Below, one piece after another: positions 54,335 through 64,000 of a stretch of DNA of 64,000 nucleotides. Each line of letters starts with the position of its first letter. Positions within the stretch are counted from its first letter, which is position 1. The notes under the pieces are model-generated. The model had not been told where the DNA came from. It made no database searches and worked only from the letters and a program-made list of their open reading frames with translations. Source of the DNA: Octopus vulgaris (lineage: Eukaryota); the NCBI GenBank assembly GCA_951406725.2, contig OX597814.1, positions 64,852,001 through 64,916,000 of the forward strand. Reading direction: 5' to 3'. Both the position numbers and the translations under genes were made by a program.

Positions 54335-54336
54335 AA

Positions 54337-54545
54337 TGTGACTGCGTGTGTACCGTTGGCGATTTTTTTTTCCCCCGTCTTCCCCTCTCTGGATCTTTTC
54401 TTTTCTTATGTTTCTGACGAAGAGCTCCACTCGAAACGTAGAATCCTCCTTCTTTCCTTCCTTCCTGAGCGTCCAATAATACTATATTTGTTCCACGTCC
54501 TCGCGTTGTTGTGTTTTCTCTTTGTGTTTTCATGCTTGGATTGAC

Positions 54546-54546
<1 letters not shown>
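54337..54546 (+). mobile_element. ~210-bp non-autonomous PLE-terminal-like element in (TA)n
   Basis: (TA)n on both sides; homologs at 14304 and about 46440. Confidence 0.8.
54411..54443 (+). ncRNA. Minimal (dimer-type) hammerhead ribozyme
   Basis: uuu-CUGACGA-A-GAG-cucca-CUC-GAAA-CG-UA-gaa; ACGU palindrome in place of stem III. Confidence 0.72.
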
Positions 54547-54589
<43 letters not shown>

Positions 54590-56035
54590 AGTTGTGTGTG
54601 TATAGTTATGCGTGTAAATAAATAAAGTCATACTTAATTTGTACCTATGCTATTAAAGAAAAATATGGAAGCGAAACGATCACACAATAGTGAAATAAAA
54701 AGAACATATTTACACGTGCAGAGAAAATAAATTATATGAGATATTCAAAAGACGGTGGAAATCGAAAAGCTAATTACCGAAGAAAAAATATAAAATATTT
54801 CCATTGTATAATTTGAGTGCAGATTATTGAATTAGCTAGATTTCATCCGGATATACAAACCCTCAATCTTAAAATCAAAGTAAAGTCGAAATTATGTAAG
54901 TTAATGAAAATAAATTATTTAAGTATTTGTTGTTGTTAATGATGTTGCTGAATATGAGGTCAGCTCTGATAAAGAGTCATATGGGCAGAGGCATATTTAC
55001 TGTGATCATTCTATTTATTTTCTCAGACAAATACTAACTAGGCGACCGTTCTCCAATGTACCCTTTCTTCCTTAAGGAGGTACGGTATGAGCTGAACGAG
55101 ATTTGCAAGTGGACACCACATAGAGAGTCCATCTATAAGAGTTTACTCAGTGATTTAATCTTGTGAAAATTTTAGTTCACCTTACTCGTCTCCTCGCCAA
55201 CAAGACATTTTATCTATTCTTTGTCGCTACCTGTTTTAGCACACTTTCTGTTGACAACATTTTTTGTTTTCATTTTGCATACATTCCTGCCAGAATGTTG
55301 CTTGCTTTGACATTTGCAAGCGTTCTCTTTCCTTAGTAATTCCTTTTCTTTGTTTCTATCCTATAAATGCTTGTATGGGTTGTTGATAGTATTTGTGCAC
55401 CACATCTCTTAGACTATTTGATGCAGTAGAAATATTTTTTTTATCTCCAGATTTACTTACGCGTGTAGACCTGACCAAAGATTAATAAAAAATACTTTTC
55501 AAAATCTACAGATTTGCATTTCTGTTAAAATTTATTGTTTTGAAGGACTTACAAATAAAATATGAAAATTATTAGATTTAATATTTTCTCATAGTTTTTA
55601 AAGAATTTTGTATTTATTAATTTTGTTTGTATTTTTGTATACTTATAAAACACTAATATTTCTTTATAAGACACTAATGTTTATAAGACATTAATACTTT
55701 ATAAGACATTAATGCAAATAGTTTCGTCGCTATGATTTCTTTTAGTCTTTGTTGCACGTTTGGTAATCTCGTAAGTTTGCTTTAACAATTCGTTTTCTAT
55801 TTCTTTTGATTTCTCTGCTGCAAGACGAAGTTTTTCTTGCACGCATTCATTAAATTTCAAAGATTCGTGGACACATAAATATGGTATTATATAAAATGTT
55901 TTCGCAAACACAACAACACGTTAAATTTCAGGATGTGGAACTAAAACGATACAAAACAAAAAGAAATTCGTTTTGGGATCACCACTACTTTATTATTCCC
56001 CTTCTTCCTAACTCTCCTGTATGACCCCTCTATCC

Positions 56036-56230
56036 AGCATTCACCATGATAGATCGCTAGCCACTACACATTGTTTATTTTCTTTCCTTGTTTCTTTCTG
56101 TGTTCCTTTCTGTGGAAGAGCGTAGGCTCGAAACGTTAAAGTCTTTTTCCCTTCACGGTTGTTAAACTAATACATCCGTTTGGTGTCTACACCACCTTGT
56201 CTTCGTCTTTGTTTTTGTTATGAATTCTCC

Positions 56231-56235
<5 letters not shown>
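56036..56235 (+). mobile_element. Short PLE-terminal-like element with a variant minimal hammerhead (56107-56140)
   Basis: uuu-CUGUGGAA-GAGC-guag-GCUC-GAAA-CGUU-aaa; ends at (TA)n. Confidence 0.6.
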
Positions 56236-56278
<43 letters not shown>

Positions 56279-56565
56279 CACACAGTTATATATAAATCCA
56301 TATTCGTATCCACGGTGTAATGAAGCTATAAGTTGTTACTCAGTGACTCAACTATGAGTCCATAACATCTTATAGCAGAAGCAGCTGTCAGCTGATGAAG
56401 TTTATAAGATAACCGATTATATCGTTATCATCTTAATTACTTATTATTGCTCTGTACTCGACTATCGCTTCGTTCTGAAGTAAATCTACACCAGGCTATT
56501 AGGTATTGCAATGCCTCAACGGTGCATATATATATATGTGTGTGTGTGTGTCTATGTATTTGTTT

Positions 56566-56630
<65 letters not shown>

Positions 56631-56687
56631 ACATCTATACATATATAATATATATGTATAAATGTATTGAGTATATATATATAGGAC

Positions 56688-56994
56688 CACTCCGTCGGTT
56701 ACGACGACGAGGATCCCAGCTGATACGATCAACGGAACAGCCTGCACGTGGAATTAACTTGCGAGTGGCTGAGCATTCCACAGACACACGAACCCCTAAC
56801 GTAGTTCTCAGGGAGATTCACCGTGAAACAGAGTGTGACAAGGCCGGCCCTTTGAAATACAGGTACAACTCATTGTTGCCAGCTGAGTGGACTGTAGCAA
56901 TGTGAAATATACTGTCTTGCTCAATGACACAACGCGTCGCCGGAAATCGAACTCACGACCTTACAATCGTGAGCTGAATGCCCCAACCACTAAG

Positions 56995-56997
<3 letters not shown>
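56688..56997 (-). mobile_element. tRNA-derived SINE family C
   Basis: Reverse-complement head gtgacttagtggttggggcattcagctcacgattgtaaggtcgtgagttcgatt; tail shared with 58702. Confidence 0.85.
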
Positions 56998-57034
<37 letters not shown>

Positions 57035-58701
57035 ATATATATATATATATGCGCGTGTGTGTATGATGTGAGTGTAAATGTGAGATGTACGTACCTCTCT
57101 TTCTGTCTCTCCTTCACTCTGTAAGTGTGTGCGCCAATGTATAACCCTATAGAAACGTATAATTAGAAGATATACACTGAGAATCATTGAGCGTGGATTA
57201 GAGGAGTATAGTACGTAATGCGGTTACCTCTTCAAGTATGAATATAAATGACTATAGATTTGTGCCTATTATATTCTTTCAACAGGTGTGAAGAAGCAGC
57301 TAAACTTAAATTAAACTGCGACTTTCAAAAACAAAAATTAATATAAACTACATTACGTGACAGCTGTTAAGTGCAACTGGTGTTTAAGCTATTCCTTGTT
57401 AATCATATTTTTTAAAGAATCGATCTAAAAATCGATGTACCTTTTTAACAAGCTGCTTAGTATTTACATATATGTATATAAACATACACACGCACGCAAA
57501 AGTATAAGTACGTACGTATGTATATATATATATATATATATATACACGTATAACAATGAATATAAATATATATGTGTGTGTCCGTGTGTTTCTGCGTGTG
57601 TGTTTATATGTATATACAGACACATCCCAGATACACACACACACACACACACATATGTCGTTGTGCGTATGTACGAGTGTGTGTGTGTGTATATATATAG
57701 GTGCCTGTGTGTGTATATATATATATATATGTATGTAGATGTGTGTACGAGTGCTCGCTTAACTTTTTGCCATATTTATTCCGGATCTGATGAGAGGTTT
57801 TTCCACCATAATTTGATGTTGTTAACCAAATATCAGTTCAGATATTTGGACTAATGAAAGTTTTATATCATTGTACAAGATGTCTTTCAATATCCGTTTC
57901 TTTGGTCTTAGTAAGCAAAACCTGCTCTAGGCTCTAGGCTCTAGGTTTATCGGATTTTTTCTGTCATGTGCATCTTGTTTATTTATATCAATGTTCCACT
58001 GGTTTACTTCGATGCGATGAAAAGGTAAACGAAATTTCTACCCATTCTCTCTTCAGATCTTCCCAACTCCATTCTCCCTCTCCTCTCTCTCTCTCAATTT
58101 TCCCCTCTCTCTCTGCAATTACTATATATACATACACATGCACACATATATATAAACATGTGTGTATATATTTAAGGACAAACAAATATCAATGAGTAAA
58201 TGTTTGTAGCGGCCACACATCATTCAGGAAAAGGACCGAACTCAACATTAAGATTGTTTTGAAGCCAGGGAGATCCATTTGATCGCAGTTATGTAGGACA
58301 AACGCCCTTGAGGATACCATATGCACTAATGAGAACTGTATAGCATGTAAGATTAGCCGTCGCATTAAGTGTAAAACTAGAAATGTAGTCTATAGCATAA
58401 GGAGCATAGAAGGTGCTTGTAAAAATAAAAACACGGTTATATATTGAAGAGACCGCTAGAAGTATAGCGGAGAGAATAAACAGTCGCTCGAGGCAATATG
58501 ATGACAAGAAACTATCATCCATACTCTAACAGTATACCAACATGGATGCACACTCTGCCGTCTTAACATCCGCATTTTATTCAAGTACCCGAAGGACCTA
58601 CCACTCAGACAAATACAAGAATACGTTCTCATAAATGAATCGTCCCTCGTACTAAATACGAGATACACGTGGAAGGTAGTGATACCCAATACTTTTCGTA
58701 G

Positions 58702-59067
58702 CACTCCGTCGGTTACGACGACGAGGGTTCCAGTTGATCCGATCAACGGAACAGCCTGCTCGTGAAATTAACGTGCAAGTTTAGCCACTTGCACGTTACC
58801 CTTAACGTAGTTCCCGGGAAAGACTGAGTGTAACACAAAGTGTGACACGGTTGGCCCTTTGAAATACAGGTACAACATAAACAGGAAGAAAGAGAGAAAG
58901 TTGTGGTGAAAGAGTACAGCAGGGTTCGCAACCACCCCCTGCTGGAGCCGCGTGGAGCTCTAAGTGCTCTCGCTCAGTAAAAACTCACAACGCCCGGTCT
59001 GGTAATCGAAATCGTGATCCTACGACCGCTAGTCCGCTGCCCTAACAACTGGGCCATTGTGCCTCCA
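58702..59067 (-). mobile_element. tRNA-derived SINE with the family C tail but a different head and middle
   Basis: cactccgtcggttacgacgacgagg...gaaatacaggtacaac is shared; head gtggaggcacaatggcccagttgttagggcag. Confidence 0.85.
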
Positions 59068-59619
59068 CACACAATACCTGCAGAATATGCATACAGAAGT
59101 ACATTTGCTATTAGGCAGTTAAGTAAGTAAATAGAGGGGTAGATAAATAGCTATGTAGGTAAACTGATAGGCACATAGATAGGTAGGGAGATAAGTACAT
59201 AGGTAATACGGACTGACAAGCACACACACCCACAAAAGAGACGGAGACACATGATCATATATACACACGCAATCTCCACATACGCACACACAGAAAGATA
59301 CATATGGAGACACACATTCTTAATAACACACGCACGTATGATCTGTCGCACAAACTCATACACATAGACACACTAAAACAATCGCACGCAAAAAAGCAGA
59401 GGTATACACACAAATACATACATATATACATACGTACATACATAGAAACATACATACATACATACTCATACACACAAGCATGCACTCTCACACAAACACA
59501 TGAATATGCAGAATACATACATACATACATACATACATACATACATACATACATACTTACGCACATAAACGCATACATATACACACACATACACTAAAAA
59601 TTTGAGCACATTTTCTCCA

Positions 59620-60660
59620 TAAACTTTCTTATAAGATTATTCGATGAATCAGCCTTCAGCTTCGTTCTCGGCGTGAAATCGTTAACATGCCCAAACTAAA
59701 TGGTAATTATTCATTTCCAGCATCACCTGGTTAATGGCAGCCTTCGTTGTAGATATGGTATTGTGAAAGTGTTGATTAGTTTCCCTTTCACGTCAAACAT
59801 AGTAGCGCATGATATTTAAATCAGGCGGGCTTGGAAGCCACAAGCTTGATGTCACACGATCGTAAAGATTGTCTGACATGCATTCTTGGTTTACGCAGGC
59901 TGTCTATAAATATGTTGTGTCTAGTTGAAACTCGTATGATCTTTCACTGCGTACTTCATTCATGCAGAACTTAATTGTTTCTAGCATCTGAACCTACCCA
60001 GCAGTTTTAATTCTAAGACCCTGTGGTAAAGATATGAAGTGATATAGCATGACATTCGTTATCCACAATTCCTAAACCCATCATAGCTGCTGCAAACGTA
60101 ATGTGCAGCACTCTAGGGACATCAGAAATATGTGCATATAACGATCTGTAATTTCTCCTATTAGATCTTTGGCCTTGGTTGAAGATTTTCTCGTCAGAGA
60201 AAACCAAATTATGCTATGTTCCTGTGGGTTTTAGCCTTGTTAAGGCACGTATCAAACAGTGCTTTTGCGGATATGAATTGGCCTCATCTCAGAAACTACG
60301 CGTGGGATCGAATATCTTCGTGCACCAAAGTTCTGACTGCCCACCTTCACATCTGAAGTTCTTCGGTAATGATCTTCATTGATTTTCTGAAATCATCTTC
60401 GCTAATGTTTCGAACATCACTGTATGAATTGCCGTGTCCTTATAGCTTACGAACATTTAGAATTTTTCTCTTTTTCTCTTTGAAAGGGCTGAAACATTCT
60501 TATCAAAGTTTTCTACTTCCATCGGAACTTTGTGTAGAAAAGATCTTCCAGCATGTCAAAGTTTGTAATTTATAAATCGTTGTTTTGCACATATGGTAAC
60601 AGCGACTACGTGTCTTTTCTTTTCTTGCCTTAGCATTTCATTTGCCATGGGTGATCTGAA
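59620..60660 (-). pseudogene. Tc1/mariner-superfamily transposase remnant
   Basis: VFSDEKIF...NRRNYR and WLPSPPDLNI motifs; multiple disruptions. Confidence 0.8.
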
Positions 60661-60819
60661 TAATGGATTAACTGAAATCACAATGGAAAAGCAAATGAAT
60701 TGCTTATATATCACACCATAAAAACCACACCAAACAAAAACAAACAAACAGAGAATTAGATATTGCCACTAGGGACGTGTTAGTCGGCTTGATGCAAAGC
60801 AAGTAATGAATTCACGAAA

Positions 60820-61078
60820 TAGGCCGGCTATGAAAAATGAAAAAGGTGAAGATAGTGCTAATTATTGTTGGGTCCTTGAGAACAGTATCAGAAAGCATCA
60901 AGAGAAACATAAAGGAAGTTGGAATGGAGTACCCAGTTTTGCCTCCTTGGCACGACCAGAATAATCAGGAAAGTATTAGATAGTTGAAAAGAAAGAATAG
61001 TATGGTACCGTAGGATGCAGGTAGTAAGCCCACTACGTATGCAAGACTCCAGGAGGTCCAACAAAACCGGTGATAAAT
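60820..61078 (+). mobile_element. Decayed R4/Dong-like LINE 3' fragment
   Basis: IIVGSLRTVS and LLGTTRIIRKVLDS*, followed by (AAT)n. Confidence 0.7.
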
Positions 61079-61750
<672 letters not shown>

Positions 61751-61759
61751 ACAACAACC

Positions 61760-62497
<738 letters not shown>

Positions 62498-62679
62498 GTA
62501 ATATTAATATAGAAAGAACGTGTCAGAAAAATGTAGAGTCTGTGGGACATGGAACGAGACAATGGTACACATTGGGGTAGAATGCCCAATGTTGGCACAG
62601 GAAGAATACAAGAAATGGAGGCACAATTAGGTTGTAAAAGTTATACACTGGAAACTGTGCCAGAAATGAGGATTTGAAG

Positions 62680-63200
62680 CTAGAAACACATGATACAATC
62701 ATCGAATCGAAAGAGTACTGGTGTCGAAGAAATGTAATACTTTGTGGACTTCCCTCTTCAAATGGACAAGCAATTAGGACACAATAGACATAACGATTAT
62801 AGATAAGGAAAAGTAAAGATGCTTATTTATCGACCCATCACGACCGTTTCATTCCAGGATCGTAAAGAAAGAGGAATAAAAACAAAACAAAAAATATAGT
62901 CCCTTAAAATTTGAAATAGGAAGAATTTGGAGCATGTGAACAGTAAAGGTCGTGCCTATAATAATTGGTGCGTTTGGAACAGTAAGCAAACATGTAGACA
63001 AACGGATGAAGGAGATTGAAATAGAATGCCTGGTAGCTCCTATAGAAAGTTTATCTCTTAGAGACAGCAAGGATTATCAAGAGGGTTCTAAGCACTTGAA
63101 AGACTGCTGAAAACTTATGGATACCTAAGGTTACCGGTTGTAAATCGTTATCCACATAGTTCCTACAGGAATAAGACCGAAACTCCGCCAAACCAAAATA
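62680..63200 (+). mobile_element. Older R4/Dong-like LINE 3' fragment
   Basis: ILCGLP, KFEIGRIWSM*TVKVVPIIIGAFGTV. Confidence 0.75.
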
Positions 63201-63224
63201 ATATTAAATGTTCTGATGCATTAC

Positions 63225-63753
63225 AAGTCACTGGCTCCCATGGCTTTTCATATTAACTGATTGAAAGTTTTATTATGTACATGTGTTGTCTTGGCATAAA
63301 AGATGGGCTACAGCATATATTCTGCTCAATACCACAGATTTGCTTGTCAGTTGTTTGATCTTAACCAGTTGAGCATGTCCCTTAGTGGCTGACGTTATGT
63401 GCATCTCCGATCACGAGCAGAAGTAGTGGGGAAGTATCATAGACAGATGTTGAGAGGAATTCTTTGGGGTTTAAGTAATTCACTTCTGGAAACATGGTTG
63501 TTTCGTTCAATATGCTTAAATAGCTCTTATTCTGGGACCTTTTGAGTGGGATGGTATACCCGACCCGAAGAAAATTCTCCACACTACAAGGTCATGCGCT
63601 GTTTATCTTGATATGAGATCACCATATTGGGCACATATGTGTGATGCATGTGCCTCGTATATTCTTATAAGACGGGTAGTTATGATGAGTATACTGGGCA
63701 AAGTATATTTTATCCCAGTGTCACTTTGATGGTATGCACTGCTCTCTCATTCA
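63225..63753 (+). mobile_element. ~530 bp non-coding (AAT)n-associated repeat
   Basis: Homolog of 27923-28456. Confidence 0.85.
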
Positions 63754-63779
63754 ATAACAATAATAATAATGATGATGAC

Positions 63780-63940
<161 letters not shown>

Positions 63941-64000
63941 TGTAACGATTCTGTGGGACTTTCCAGTACATACAGACCGAACCATCAAAGCCAATAAACC

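Noticed and set aside
55650-55911. 17-18 bp minisatellite and an adjacent charged 70-aa ORF
   Set aside because: No spacers, so not CRISPR-like; the ORF has no identifiable family.

Overview
AT-rich, microsatellite-dense eukaryotic DNA made almost entirely of repeats. The repeat content suggests a coleoid cephalopod (octopus-like), which is my inference. I could not identify any host protein-coding gene, and nearly all ORF-track entries are translations of (TA)n, (CA)n, (TACA)n or (AAT)n repeats. The main feature is a young, apparently complete 6.8-kb Penelope-like retroelement (PLE) on the minus strand (4029-10800), inserted in (TA)n. It has near-identical 1.17-kb direct terminal repeats. 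Each repeat carries a hammerhead ribozyme with a palindromic stem III and an unusually long branched stem II, and the two predicted cleavage sites are exactly 5600 nt apart. The RT ORF and the GIY-YIG endonuclease ORF are in different frames and meet at G_GGA_AAC_CCC_UAA. This is a candidate +1 shifty-stop recoding site; a 1-nt insertion or a 385-nt intron are the alternatives. The rest of the window holds more PLE remnants and small hammerhead-bearing elements in (TA)n, R4/Dong-like LINE fragments stacked in (AAT)n arrays, a Helitron nested in a LINE, Chapaev-like, mariner and Tc1-like transposon relics, MITEs, three tRNA-SINE families, and a 5S rRNA pseudogene abutting a SINE. Boundaries of decayed elements are approximate.
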